Position numbers and translations under genes: made by a program | Notes under the pieces: model-generated | Told to the model about the DNA's origin: nothing | Seen by the model: the letters and a program-made list of their open reading frames with translations, nothing else | The model's database searches: none | Part shown: positions 28,505-44,753 of the stretch, one piece after another | How the letters are laid out: the number at the start of each line of letters is the position of its first letter | How positions within the stretch are numbered: the first letter of the stretch is position 1 | NCBI GenBank assembly: GCA_951406725.2 | Contig: OX597824.1 | Span: forward strand, 41,726,001 to 41,790,000 | Reading direction: 5' to 3' | Length of the DNA stretch: 64,000 nt | Source: Octopus vulgaris | Lineage: Eukaryota

Positions 28505-29312
28505 GTATATATATAAATATTTTGTATATAAATAAAAAAAGGCAGGCGACAGGTTGCTTAGACACATACCGAAAAAATTAGAAATAGCAGTCAAAGACTT
28601 TATATCTATTTTCTACAAATAAGACTCCATATACGACATATCCCTGTAATTCACATATGCAAAACAGAAGGAAGAAATAACGAAAACAAAGTCTAACGGT
28701 TATTTTCGAACGCGTTTCTGGATTAGGAATATAATAAAATATCAATTCCATGTCCTTCGTCAGCGTAAACTTCCACTAAAATAGATTTATCAAATGCTAC
28801 CTACCTCCACTTCTCGATCAAGCGACATCGAAATAGTGGAAGAAAGCAAGCATAGGCCAAACCTATATAGACAATTGAATCCGTAAATTTTCCCTCCAAA
28901 ATTTTACCATGCGTATTACAAAAATAGTTCCTTAGAGATAGAAACTATGAGTTGTCGTAAGGGGGGGGGGGATTCCAATTAGTAATATAATAAGAGTAAA
29001 TAATTGCTTTAATGGTTTTTAAAAAACCAACAATTATTTACTGGTAGATTTCGGCATGTAAATATAACCATTAACGGTAGGAACTTCTATAAAAGTTCAA
29101 TATATATTTTGTATATAAATAAAAAAGGCCACATACCGAAAAAATTAGAAATAGCAAAGACTGTTTATTTCTATTTTCTACAAATAAAACTCAAAATACG
29201 ACATATCCCTGTAATTCACATATGCAAAGCAGAAGGAAAAAATAACGAAAACAAAGTCTAACAGTTATTTACGAACGCGTTTCTGGACTAGGAATATAAT
29301 AAAATATCAATA
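28505..29312 (-). mobile_element. ~1.4 tandem copies of a ~565-bp non-coding unit with a hammerhead ribozyme (Penelope pLTR / retrozyme-like)
   Basis: 28515-28746 is repeated at 29103-29311; full hammerhead at 28703-28769 and its 3' half again at 29268-29311. Confidence 0.75.
28703..28769 (-). ncRNA. Type-I hammerhead ribozyme, long stem II
   Basis: UUUACG-CUGACGA-A-GGA..GGAAU..AUUCC..UCC-A-GAAAC-GC-GUU-CG(A/U)AAA; the second copy has CGUAAA, which pairs perfectly with UUUACG. Confidence 0.75.
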
Positions 29313-29322
29313 TCAATATAAA

Positions 29323-30060
<738 letters not shown>

Positions 30061-30526
30061 ACTGAATCCTACCTACCTACCTACCTACCTACCTACCTAC
30101 CTACCTGCCTGCCTGCCTACATACATATATACATACATACATACATACATACATGCATACATACATATTCCTGCACATATATACGCAGATGTATGTGCGT
30201 ATCGAGAAAGGATTGCCAGTAAATAAGCGCATTGATTAAAAATACTTTATTGCTTTTATTCCGGCTTTATTGCATTTATTGCACCCCTTTACATTAAGGT
30301 GGACTTAGCCATTCCATAAAGATCGATAAATAATTACCAAACTACTTGGTGGTCGATAAAGGCAAAAAAAATGGAAGGCAAACGAAAATACAAAAATTAC
30401 AGTCTGAAAACCTTTTCCCTATCGTGACCGCAGTCCGAAAATATCAAAAAGAAGAAAATAAATAAATAAATAAAGTAAATAAATAAATAAATAAATGGAG
30501 AAGGAATCGGCTAGAATTGGGAAATA

Positions 30527-31728
30527 TTCTATTCTACTCTAGGCACAAGGATTAAATTTTTGGGGAAGGGGCCATTCGATCAGATCGAACCCAGTACACA
30601 ACTGCTACTTAATTTATCGACCTCGAAAGGATGAAAGGCAAAGTCGATCGTGCCGGAATTTGAACTCAGAACAAAAGACAGACGAAATACCTATTTCTTT
30701 ACTACCCACAAGGGGCTAAACACAGAAACGCGAACAAGAACAGACAAACAGAATAAGTCGATTGTATCGACCCCAGTGCGTAACTGGTACTTATTTAATC
30801 GACCCCGAAAGGATGAAAGGCAAAGTCGACCTCGGCGGAATTTGAACTCAGAACGTAACGGCAGACGAAATACCTATTTCTTTACAAGGGGCTAAACACA
30901 GAGGGGACAAACAAGGACAGACAAACGGATTAAGTCGATTACATCGACCCCAGTGCGTAACTGGTACTTAATTTATCGATCCCCAAAAGGATGAAAGGCA
31001 GAGTCGACCTCGGCGGAATTTGAACTCAGAACGTAACGGCAGCCACCAAGTATTTTGTCCGGCGTGCTAATGTTTCTTATTTCTTTACTACCCATAAGGG
31101 GCTAAACACAGAGGGGACAAACAAGGACAGACAAACGGATTAAGTCGATTATATCGATACCAGTGCGTAACTGGTACTTATTTAATCGACCCCGAAAGGA
31201 TGAAAGGCAAAGTCGACCTCGGCGGAATTTGAACTCAGAACGTAACGGCAGCCACCAAGTATTTTGTCCGGCGTGCTAATGATTCTTATTTCTTTACTAC
31301 CCATAAGGGGCTAAACACAGAGGGGACAAACAAGGACAGACAAACGGATTAAGTCGATTAGATCGACCTCAGTGCGTAACTGGTACTTAATTTATCGATC
31401 CCCAAAAGGATGAAAGGCAAAGTCGACCTCGGCGGAATTTGAACTCAGAACGTAACGGCAGCCACCAAGTATTTTGTCCGGCGTGCTAATGTTTCTTATT
31501 TCTTTACTACCCATAAGGGGCTAAACACAGAGGGGACAAACAAGGACAGACAAACGGATTAAGTCGATTATATCGACCTCAGTGCGTAACTGGTACTTAT
31601 TTAATCGACCCCGAAAGGATGAAAGGCAAAGTTGACCTTGGCAGAATTTGAACTCCGAACGTAACGGCAGACGAAATACGGCTACGCATTTCGCCCGGCA
31701 CGCTAACGTTTCTGCCAGCTCGCCGCCT
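30527..31728 (-). repeat. Head-to-tail array of six SINE family C monomers
   Basis: Unit boundaries tatttctttac..aggggctaaacacag at ~30692, 30874, 31078, 31287 and 31497 (181-210 bp spacing); one complete head at the right end. Confidence 0.93.
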
Positions 31729-31887
31729 TGGAATTGGGAAATATTTCGGTAGTGGTTGTTATGGTAATGTGGTAGTTTTTTGTTTTTGCTTTTGCTTCGT
31801 AGTTTTGTGGAAATAACAACTTTCATGTCAATTCTATAGTACCATTTGAGCAGTAGTTAACTCCCTTTCCTTCCAAACACAAACACA

Positions 31888-31964
<77 letters not shown>

Positions 31965-32339
31965 ACACATATATACACACGCACACATGCACCCAGGAAC
32001 GCCCTAACGAACAACCTGCATCGTATATTCTTAGAAACAATAGTCCCATGATTATAGAACACTTATTTTTTTCTGCTGATCTTGAGAGTTGAAACGTAAC
32101 GTAGTATCAAAGTATCTAGGTGCCTCTTTAGAAATAACAGTCAAATTGTCTTCAAATCACACAAACTTAACATAAAAGGAACGAATTACACCGAATAACG
32201 TAAGGCGGTTTCATTTCGTCTGAAAAATAGATGGTGAATGAGTCTTAGAGCATAAAAGTCCTCGTTTTTCTTTCCTTCTACTTCGGTCGTTCGTTCGTTC
32301 GTTCGTTCGTTCCTTCTTTCTTTCCTTCCTTCCTTCCTT

Positions 32340-33455
<1,116 letters not shown>

Positions 33456-33744
33456 TTTCTTCTTTTCTTTCTTTCTTTCTTTCTTTCTTTTCTCATTTTC
33501 ATTCCAATATGCTTTGCCTTTCATTCTTTTTTTTTGTTTTGTTTTACTAATTCCATCCTACACGCCCTTCAAGATTCCTGTCTTTGACCTCTTGTGTAGT
33601 TCAAGAACAACGTTATCTTCATGTTTATTTGTGCCGAAAAAAATTTCAAGAGAGAAATGGTTAGTTCCATAGATCTCAAACAAAAACACGCAGATATAAA
33701 AGGAAAGAGAGAAAAAACTGAAAAAGAAGTCATATCTAGAATAT

Positions 33745-33830
<86 letters not shown>

Positions 33831-34912
33831 ATATATATACACACTCTACATCCATGACATACACACATACTCTAAACCACGACACGTTCACACACACACA
33901 CACACACACAGTGCCACACACACGCACGGACGCACACACACACAAACACACACATACACAAACACACACATACACAAACACTCACCCGCACTCACATACG
34001 CATTGCATGTAATACAGACATACACATACATACAAATACATCTCTCCACCTCAAAGATGTAATTTTCATGTACTATGTCTTCCATTGGGTTATGTGCGTG
34101 CGAATGTGTGTGTGTGTGCGTGTGTGCGTGTGTGCGTGCGTGTGTGTGTGTGAGTGTGTGATAGCGTGGTTTTGGGTACGAGCTATCGCGGTCACATCTC
34201 CCCTCCTGGGTAAATATTGATGTCATTGTTACCATTATTATTATTATCATCATCATCATCATCATCGTTGTTATTGTTGTTGTAGTTGTAGTTGTTGTAG
34301 TTGTCATTATTGTTATTATTGCTGCTATTGTTGCCGTTGTTGTTGTTAATGAGGTTTGTGTGCGGCGTGTGTGGGGCGGGTGGGTTTGTGAATATTATCA
34401 TTTCTGTCTTTATTTTCTTCTTGCCGGAAAGCAATTATCTATTTTATCTTTTTCACATGCCACTGTTAAATGCCGCTTTGTCTCCATCTCGAAGATCTAA
34501 TTTGGATGAGGTGGCGACCGTCTTATCTTGATGTTAACTCAAAAACTATTCGCTCAATAAAGAATACACTAAGATCTTTAACTATACTTATTTATATATC
34601 TATTTATTTATTTATTCATTCATTCATTCATTCATTCATCAATCGGTCTCTCTCTTACTTTCACTTTCAGTTTCGTATCATGTGTCCCCCCCTCTCTCTC
34701 CCTCTGTCTCTATCTGTCTATTTGTCTGCTTGTCTCCCTGACTGATTGTCTCTCTTTGCCTCTCTTTTTCTTTTTAGCTCTGTCCTAGTTTTTAGGGTTT
34801 CTCCTTCCAACTTTTCCTTGTATCACCCATTCATCTTTCTTTATGCCTCGTAATTATCAAATTAGCGACTATAGTAATGATATTAATGCTGCTGCCGCTG
34901 ATGATTATGCTT

Positions 34913-35534
<622 letters not shown>

Positions 35535-35569
35535 TGTTACAATAATTGTTAGAATTAACAATACCTACC

Positions 35570-36515
35570 GAAATTGTGATGCACCCACAAATATTTAAGA
35601 AACAAGAATAAGAAGAAAGAATAAAGTGAAAAATGGAATCAATGATGGGCAATATCTCAGGGGAGTCGAAGGGAAGGACAAGACTAATACTTGGAGATGG
35701 CTGAGAGAGAGTGATCTGAAAGGATGCACCGAGGGCGTTGATATGCAGCGCCCAGGAGCAAGTTCTGAGAACTACAGCAAATTCCAAATAGATAAGAGTA
35801 GCGAATCAACCCTTTGTAGGATTTGTGGCTGCAAAAACGAAGCAATCTCACATATGTGTAGCAAGCTGGCTAAGAGTAGAACAAAAGGAGGCACGGTAAG
35901 GTGGATAAGTTTGTCCACTGGAGACTATGTGAAAAGTACGACCTGGACAGAGCTCGGAAATGGTACGAACATGAAAAAGGAGTCACCCTTAACAATGAAT
36001 AAAAGATACTGTGGATTTTACAATCCAATGTGATTCCCGAATCGATGCTCGGAGACCAGATATTGTTGCGGTAGATAAAGGAAAAAAGGAAACCAAGATT
36101 ATAGATATTGCAATATCTGGAGATGCGCGCATGCGTGACAAAGAACTAGAGAAGATGGAAGAGTGCAGACTACTAAAAGACGAAATTGCAAGAATGTGGG
36201 CTATGAGGAGAGTGTCTGTCATTCCAGTAGTTGTAGGGGTACTCGGAGCACTAACAATCAAGTTTGAGAAATATGTCAAAGAAATCAAAATTGACATGAG
36301 AGCAGAGCAAACCCCCCAAAAACTGCTATGCTGGGGACAGCTAGGATTTTGAGATTGGTACTTGGGTGTTGAATGTCTTCCACGATAATTAACAACCAAT
36401 TATCAAAACTTATAATGTGCGGAAAGCGGCCCTGTGGGATCTCTGACAGCAGGCTGCTGTCTGCTCTCGCAGAATTTACCAGAACAAACAAGACCGAGCA
36501 TTCTGAGAAGTGAAA
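35570..36515 (+). mobile_element. 5'-truncated R4/Dong-like LINE following (TAA)n
   Basis: WRWLRESDLKGCTE, LCRICGCKNEAISH, DFTIQCDSRIDARRPDIVAVD, IIDIAI, IPVVVGVLG. Confidence 0.9.
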
Positions 36516-36544
36516 CAACAATAATAATAATATATGGAATTGAC

Positions 36545-36775
36545 TCGAAAGCAGAGCAAGCTCCCCACCCCCACCCCCAACTGCTCTGCTGGGGACAGCT
36601 AGGATTTTGAGATTGGTACTTGAGTGTTGAATGTTTCTAACGATAATTAACAACCAATTATCAAAGCTTATAATGTGCGGAAAGAGACACTGTGAAACCT
36701 CTGACAACAGGCTGCTGTTCGCTCTCACAGAATCAATCAGAGCACGCAAGACCTAGCGCCCTGAGAAGTAAAACA
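36545..36775 (+). mobile_element. Second, very short 3' end of the same LINE family
   Basis: Diverged copy of 36300-36515, starting just after the first copy's TAA tail. Confidence 0.85.
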
Positions 36776-36831
36776 ACATCGACAACAACAACAACAACAC
36801 TACCACCACCACCACCACAACCACCACCACC

Positions 36832-36863
<32 letters not shown>

Positions 36864-36873
36864 CAACAACATG

Positions 36874-37239
36874 ATGGAAGCACTCCGTCGGTTACGACGA
36901 CGAGGGTTCCGGTTGATCCGATCAACGGAACAGCCTGCTCGTGAAATTAACGTGTAAGTGGCTGAACCCTTAACGTAGTTCTCGGGGATATTCAGCGTGA
37001 CACAGAGAGTGACAAGGCTGGCCCTTTGAAATACAGGTACAACAAAAACAGGAAGTAAGAGTGAGAGAAAGTTGTGGTGAAAGAGTACAGCAGGGATCAC
37101 CACCATCCCTGCCGGAGCCTCGTGGAGCTTTTAGGTGTTTTCGCTCAATAAACACTCACAACGCCCGGTCTGGGAATCGAAACCGCGATCCAACGACCGC
37201 GAGTCCGCTGCCCTAACCACTGGGCCATTGCGCCTCCAC
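36874..37239 (-). mobile_element. tRNA-derived SINE family A, full length
   Basis: Head nearly identical to 19420-19600; tail nearly identical to 57450-57642; CAA repeats on both sides. Confidence 0.92.
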
Positions 37240-37282
37240 ACAACAACAACAACAACAGCAATAATAGTGATAATAATAATCA

Positions 37283-37470
37283 TCTCTACTATAGGCACAA
37301 GGCCTAAAATATTTTGAGGGGAGGGGCTTGTTGATCACATCGACATCAGTACTGGACTGGTACTCATTTAATCGACCCCGAAACGATAAAAGGCAAAGTC
37401 GACCTCGGCGGAATTTTTTCAGAACGTAAAGACAAACGAAATACCGTTAAACATTTCGCCCGGAGTGCTA
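37283..37470 (-). mobile_element. SINE family C monomer
   Basis: atcgaccccgaaacgataaaaggcaaagtcgacctcggcggaattt. Confidence 0.85.
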
Positions 37471-37652
37471 ATAATAAATGATGCGGGTGGTTTCGGACGT
37501 GCCGGACGGGAAACCTTTACCATGATCGGCTATAGCTTCATTCTCGCCGTTAATTCTTTCCTTGTGTTACATCGTGATTTCATGAGTCGTTCGTTGGGTT
37601 CCCACGAGAGTTGTGACTGAGATCCTATCTCTCTCTTTATTTGTATATACAC

Positions 37653-37744
<92 letters not shown>

Positions 37745-37764
37745 GTGCTTGCATTGCGTCGTAA

Positions 37765-38030
37765 CCACTGTGATTATCATTACCACAATCGTTCTACCTA
37801 TAGCATTTAAAATTATCAATAATAATATGGGTCCCGGTATATCGCAGCAGATATTCGTCACTATTTATCAAATATTCGGCAAGCGTTCTCTTTTCATTCC
37901 TTATACAATGGTCTATACTAATCAGTCCTCTGCCACCATTCTTTCTTTTCATAAACAGTCTGTTTACGTTTGCAGTTAACACATAATACTATCTTTTGCG
38001 CTCCCTGCATGAATGGTAATCCAGGGGGTC
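37765..38030 (-). mobile_element. R4/Dong-like LINE internal fragment (post-RT)
   Basis: ANVNRLFMKRKNGGRGLISIDHCIRNEKRTLAEYL. Confidence 0.8.
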
Positions 38031-38509
38031 ATTCTCAACTAATTTTTAGTTCCTTTACTGGTCCCACAATCACTGGTTTTGTAACCGTCTTGAGAGTAGG
38101 AGAAAGAAAAGCAGCTTGGTGAGTAGACCAAATTCTACGGGTCTGTAAATATATTCGGCAGATGGTAAGGAGATCAGCAGTGGGCATTCCTGTGCGATAA
38201 TGAGATAATAGAGGCCTTGACACTCTTGGGGTCAGCAGAAGTCAAATGAGTTTACTACTACTAGCGATCAATGTGAGCGCTGACCTTGGTCTTGAGAAGA
38301 ACCACTTGACCTTGTTCTATTTTTAATTAATGATAGAAAAAATATATATCACGTCAGGTCGATGATGGGAAGGATGGCTTTCCTTTGGAAATACTGATAG
38401 GGCACAGAAAGTGTGTCAATAACCAGCCGGAGAAGATGTTCTCTGGGGCTACAAGTTACAGTAGCATCCACCCTTAATGGTTAGCCACATTTAAGTGGTA
38501 AATATACTT

Positions 38510-38641
38510 CACACTGCAAAAAGCAGCCTTATTGGGCACAGAGCACATCATAAGGAAAGTATTATCTGTCTCATGACCTTGTTGCGACTTGACTGATAAC
38601 TAGAGACTCCGGTTCATTTTCACCTATACCATGTTACGAAG

Positions 38642-38643
<2 letters not shown>
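38510..38643 (+). mobile_element. R4/Dong-like LINE extreme 3' end plus (TAA)n
   Basis: LQKAALLGTEHIIRKVLSV*; 3' UTR matches 50200-50325. Confidence 0.8.
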
Positions 38644-38718
<75 letters not shown>

Positions 38719-38992
38719 TGCCTTAACTGGTACATCACACGTATTGAGAAGAGCATTGTCGCTGAGAGCTGTTACTGCCCATGTATTTTAATTTAACCTT
38801 TTAAAAAAAAAAAATGAACGAACTATTGAGTTTGGTTTAATGGCCTACCAATGTATACTATGAGTTTCTTTGCCCTAGGAGTCGGGAAGACGCTCGGCAA
38901 GAAATGGAAGCAAATTTGAAAGAAGAAGAAAGAAAATAAAATAATAATAATAATAATAATGATGATGATGATGCTGATAATAATAATAATAT

Positions 38993-39180
38993 TTTCTGCT
39001 ATAGGCACAGGGTCTGGAATTTTGGAGGAAGGGGCTAGAAGATTACATCGATCTCAGTGTTCAACTTGTACTTAATTTATCGACCCCGAAAGGATGAAAG
39101 AGAAAGTCAACCTCAGCGGAATTTGAACTCAGAACTAAGCATTTCATCCAGCGTGCTAACGGTTCTGCCAGCTCACTGCC
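38993..39180 (-). mobile_element. SINE family C monomer
   Basis: ttatcgaccccgaaaggatgaaagagaaagtcaacctcagcggaatttgaactc. Confidence 0.85.
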
Positions 39181-39305
39181 TTATGATAATAATGATAATA
39201 ATAATAATAATAATAATAGTAATAATAATAATAATAATAATCGTCATCCTCACTTTCTTATTTCTTTCCTCTTCTTCCATCATCATCTATATCTTCTTCT
39301 TCTTC

Positions 39306-39456
<151 letters not shown>

Positions 39457-39744
39457 AAGTTGTATCGCTGCTAATTTTACTGTCAGACTCTAGTTTCGAA
39501 AATTCAGAGTAAGCGGAACGTTCTAGAGATAAAAGAGTTCTCTAAAATTCAATATGTAACTATTTAATCTTATCCTTATCTGAATTCCGATGATGGTGAT
39601 TTGTTTCTGTTACAAACCAACATTTTTAATGGGAAGAATTAAGATATATTCAAAGCATTCGGTATATACTCACGGTTTCTTTGTAATATGTCAACTCATT
39701 TTTCATAGCAAGAATTCAAATATTTAAAACCCCAAAATAACATT

Positions 39745-40090
39745 TATCTTTTATTTATTTCCGTCATTTGACTGCAGCTTCAAAGGGGCACCGCCTTGAA
39801 TGGTTTAGTCGAACAAATCGACCCTAGGATTAATTTTCTTAAAGCCTGGTACTTATTTCCTCGGTTTCTGTTCACGGATCGCTAAGTTAGAGGGATATAA
39901 ACTAACCAAGCAGTGGTGGGGACAAATACAAAGAAAGAAAAAAGACAAATAAACACGCACACATGGACATGTACATGCACATACCGATTCCACTCACAAG
40001 GTTTTGATCGGGCCAAAGCTATAACAGAGGATGCCTGCCCAAAGAGCTACAAAGTGGACATGAACCTGCAAAAGTGTGGTTGGATAAACT
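39745..40090 (-). mobile_element. SINE family B, diverged
   Basis: gtcatttgactgc..ttagtcgaacaaatcgacc..gctaagtta..gggacaaa..ccactcacaagg. Confidence 0.7.
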
Positions 40091-40092
40091 AT

Positions 40093-40137
<45 letters not shown>

Positions 40138-40159
40138 TATATATATGTATATATATAAG

Positions 40160-40800
40160 ACAAGGTAGAAAATGCTAAAATGTTTTTATCATGACGAACA
40201 TTTTAGTACCGGTTTCAGTCTTTGCGAGTTTTCCTCTTACAGTAAAGCAGGAAAAACAATCAAATTGTGGACAAATTAAATGAAATGGTTTTAAAATATT
40301 TCCATAGTTTTCAAACACAAGGGACATTTTCCATTTTCTGCCTGATTTTATAGAGGGGAAAATTTATGAAGCTGGGTTGTTTGTTAGTGGTGCACATGTC
40401 AATGTGTTCGCTGAATGCTATTTTTCTGTATTCCCGAATTTTGATCTGGGATCTATGTAGAGCCATCTTTTGGCGTAGAATATTTTTGGTTTGGCCTATA
40501 TATTGTTCTCGCCACCCCGAGCAAGTTAATGCATATATTAGGTTTCCGAAGCACATGTGAAGTTCTTTTTTACTGTAAAACATTGACCCCGTTTGAAAGA
40601 GAACTTCAATCCCTCAATTAGGTTGAGTTTGTGGCTGTTAAGTTGTAGGGTATGTTGAAATCCTATATCAATTAGTGATGGTGGGTAGTTCCTGGTAATG
40701 AGTGTATCCTTTAGTTCATGTAGTAGTATGTCCCTGGTGTTTGTATTAGAAACTATAGTACAATTCCTTTTTGCTAGGTCGAAGGGGATACTCATCCTAG
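40160..40800 (-). mobile_element. Penelope-like element 3' fragment (post-RT domain plus GIY-YIG endonuclease)
   Basis: IPFDLAKRNCTIVS..LHELKDTLITRNYP; FTCAS.NLIYALTCSG..EQYIGQTKNILRQKMALHRSQI..FSEHI; degenerate hammerhead 3' half (GAAAC-CG-GUA) at ~40203-40245. Confidence 0.88.
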
Positions 40801-40982
40801 TGTAAAGAGAATGGTGACAGGGGACGAAAAATGGTTTATCTATAACAATGTGAAGCGTAAACAATCGTAGCAAAAGCGCAGCGAACCATCACAAACAACA
40901 TCCAAGTCGATACTTCACCCGAAGAAGGTTGTGCTTTCGATTTGATGGGATTGGAAGCATGCTGTCTTTTACAAGTTTCTTT
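40801..40982 (+). mobile_element. Mariner internal fragment
   Basis: KRMVTGDEKWFIYNNVKRKQS..LHPKKVVLSI*WDWK. Confidence 0.88.
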
Positions 40983-41157
40983 CTACGAGCTCCATCTCGC
41001 TCCCGATTTTGACTTCTTCACCTCATTCCATTACAGTTTCCTTCTTCCTTCTTATGTGGACATATGAATTTCACATGGTCCTGTGATCCTTGTCAGTTGC
41101 TGCCAGCTTGATAAACTTAAATGTAAAACTCTCATTGATTTCTCTTCGTTCTACTTT

Positions 41158-41191
41158 TCCCCTGAAGAAGGACTGCGTCCGAAAAGTTGGA
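41158..41191 (+). ncRNA. Minimal hammerhead-like motif
   Basis: UCCC-CUGAAGA-A-GGAC(UGC)GUCC-GAAAA-GUU-GGA; C15.2>A change, weak stem I. Confidence 0.55.
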
Positions 41192-41923
41192 TTTTCCACT
41201 CCTCGCGGCAAATTCACTGTACTCTATGGATTTTACTAAATACACACACTCACATACAAAGTCACGCACACATGCTCACACGTACGCACGCGCATACACA
41301 CCTACACAAATATATATACATATTTATTTCTTTAATGTGTCGTCCAAGAAGCTCTGTGAAAATGAATATAAGGTGTAAAGCATGCAGAGAACTACACTGA
41401 TTTTAAGACACAATACCTTTACTCTCGGTGGCCCAGCATTGGCAAAGAGGGCAAGAAGCTAAATATCTCATGTTATACATCAAAGTATACTTCTCCAAGA
41501 CATGTTCTAGCAAGTACTCGACGCCTATCATTTCCAGGCCATCTCGTGGCATGATCATTTATGGTCACGGATATTTCTATTTCTCCACGCCATTGCTATA
41601 CAATCGTTGACTCTACGTTGAGTTCGTCCGTCATTTAGACAATTACTGCGTTTTGTCCTGCTGGGTTTCTAGAAAACCTTACCAGGAAAAGCCTGATGGG
41701 GGAACCAATTTAGAAATTTAGACAACAAAGTTTCGACTGTTCAACATGACTGCATGTCAGGTCACCAATGACTTGTACTGGCAACATACATACATACATA
41801 GATACGTATATACATACATAATATATACATATAAACATACATATAAGCATATATATATATATATATATATGCATGTTTATACATGCATATATGTGTGTGT
41901 GTGTGTATATACATATATATTAA

Positions 41924-41957
<34 letters not shown>

Positions 41958-42391
41958 TATTCATAATCATACACACACACATATATATGTATGTATTCAC
42001 TCTCCAGAGAACGTTTTAGTATGTGGCATAGCGGGAAGTATGAAAGAGTAGAGTTGGTGGTGGAATTATTAGGGGTGAGGGTTAGAAGTAATAGTAGTGG
42101 GAGTTGTTTTGATGTTTGTGGTTTTGGTGGTTTTGATAATGGCAGTTGTTTGATGATATCCAGGTTGTCTTCGTGGTCACGTTCGTGATGGAGATTTTTG
42201 ACATGACGACGACGTCCACTGTGAGGACGCGAATGACGATGATAATGATGATGTTGATGATGCTGGTTGTGTTGGTGGTGATGATGGCGTTGGTGGTGGT
42301 GACAGCGGTGATGATGCTGGTGGGGAGAGGGTGATAATGGTGATGGCGACCGTCGTGTATCGAATTATTTGTGTGTGGTGTAAGGGCGTAT

Positions 42392-42447
<56 letters not shown>

Positions 42448-43864
42448 TAAGAGCTAGAGTGTCAGCACATTGCGGTACCATGGGAGAAACCAACGTAGAA
42501 ACGGAGATTAGTGAAGGTTTGGTGCAAGAATTACGGAAGAATGGAGAACGATTTCAGAAGTGAATCAGACAGAAAGCTCTCTCTCTCTCTCCCCCTCTCC
42601 CTCTCTCCGCCACTCTCTTAATCTTCTACGGTAATCGAGGCAGATAGACAAAGAATGCCCTGTATAGAGAAACAAAATGATTCTAGGAGAGGCGAGATTA
42701 CGAGATTAAAGTCAACAGAGAAGCATGGCAAAGAAAGAAAAAGTATATAATAAAAAAAGACACATGCAACCGAGTCAAAAAAGAACAAAAAAGAAAGGAA
42801 GAGACAATCAACAACAAGAACAACAAAGAAGGACTATAGGTGAAGGGTGGGAGGTTCGGTCATTAAAGGAATGAGGGTTTGTTGGAAGACAATGATCAAA
42901 ACACGGTACATCAGAAGCAATTATGAGGTATGGGTAAACCTGCTCGGTAATCAAGTTCAGAAGAGAATAGAAGGACGCAAAAGAAAGATGGAATGAAAGA
43001 AAGAAAGAAAGAAAGAAAGAAGGAAAGGAAGAAATAAAGAAGGAAAGGAAGGAAGACTCTGGAGACAAATAACCCTGCTAACGACGCTAATCTATTAATA
43101 AACCACAGTGCTACCGGAAATGATGCGGTCTTGAAATTAAGTATAATCAGGGAGCTCCTTTTGTACAATGAGGGTGTATGTTAGAGTGAAAGTGAAAGTA
43201 GAAGGAATGGGAAGGTTGAAATGTGGATGGCGACATGATGTGGAGGAGCTGGAGAAGGAGAGGAGCTAAAGATGAAGGTAACGATGGTGTGTGTTCGTTG
43301 GTGTGTGTGTGTGTGTGTGTTTGTGTGTGTCAGTTCGTGTGTGTGTGCGTGTGTGTGTGTGTGTGAGTATGTATGTATGTATGTATGTACGGCATGGAAT
43401 AGGTGGAGAATGTCATGAGAGAGAATTCGTAAGGTAACGAAAGGGAATGACGGAAAGTAAGAGACCGAGCGGAGATAATCACGCTACTCGACAACAAAAT
43501 GATGTTGTTGTTGTTCTTGAGGATGATGATGATGGTGGTGGTGATAATGATAGTGGTGATAATGGTAGTAGTAGTGATGAAGGTGACTTACTACTACTAC
43601 CACTACCACTACTACTACTACGACGACAGTAGTAATTATCATAGTAGTGATGGAGATAGAGATAAGACAACAAAAAAGAAATACAGTTCTACAACTGCCA
43701 AAGATACGGTAGATATGTAAAATATCGGGAATTGACAAACATACATATATACACATATATCACGCATGCTTACATATGTATATACATGTATATATATAAG
43801 CAAATATAGGTACTCTTATATCTATCCATCCATCCATCCATCCATACATTCATACATACATACA

Positions 43865-43942
<78 letters not shown>

Positions 43943-44037
43943 TATATATATATACATACATATATACATGCATGCAGACACACACACACACACATATATA
44001 TATATGTATACATATATACATATATGAATATATGATA

Positions 44038-44261
44038 TACGAGGGAGAGTGCTGAAAAGTTCTTGGCTTTAAGGGTGTCGCGAAAGGTTTGGATGGATGT
44101 CCAAATTTCCGAGTTCTTTTACAGAGCTTAGAAAACCTGAAGGACCGTTGCAATAAATGCGTGAATCTGAGAGGTGAATATATTGAAAAAAAATCATAAT
44201 TCACTGATCTTCCAGTATTTTCTTTTGCACTAATCCAGGAACTATGAAGCACAACCTCGTA
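44038..44261 (+). mobile_element. Mariner-derived MITE (~220 bp)
   Basis: TIRs tacgagggagagtgctgaaaagttcttgg / ccaggaactatgaagcacaacctcgta with TA ends; retains transposase C-terminus LENLKDRCNKCVNLRGEYIEK. Confidence 0.85.
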
Positions 44262-44465
44262 TACATACATAGATGCATACATACATACATACATACATAC
44301 ATACATACATACATACATACATACACACATACATAGACACATACACACACACATACATACATACATACATACATACATACATAATACATACGTAATACAT
44401 AGATAATGCATACATGCATTCACACACATAGATGCATACATACATACATACATACATATATACAC

Positions 44466-44498
<33 letters not shown>

Positions 44499-44543
44499 CA
44501 TACATAATACATACATAATACATAGATAATGCATACATGCATT

Positions 44544-44577
<34 letters not shown>

Positions 44578-44753
44578 CATATACATATACTTAGATACAT
44601 ACACAAACACACATACATATATATATATGCATGCATATAGTTTATCGATCTATCTATCTATCTATGTCTCTCTAGATATATATTTACATACATATATCAT
44701 TTATATAGATACACACATACGTACATATATTTACATGCATACATGCAAATATA

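Noticed and set aside
30527-31728. CRISPR-like regular array (also 32968-33460 and 58731-58793)
   Set aside because: Units are wholly repeated with no unique spacers, the context is eukaryotic, and there are no cas genes
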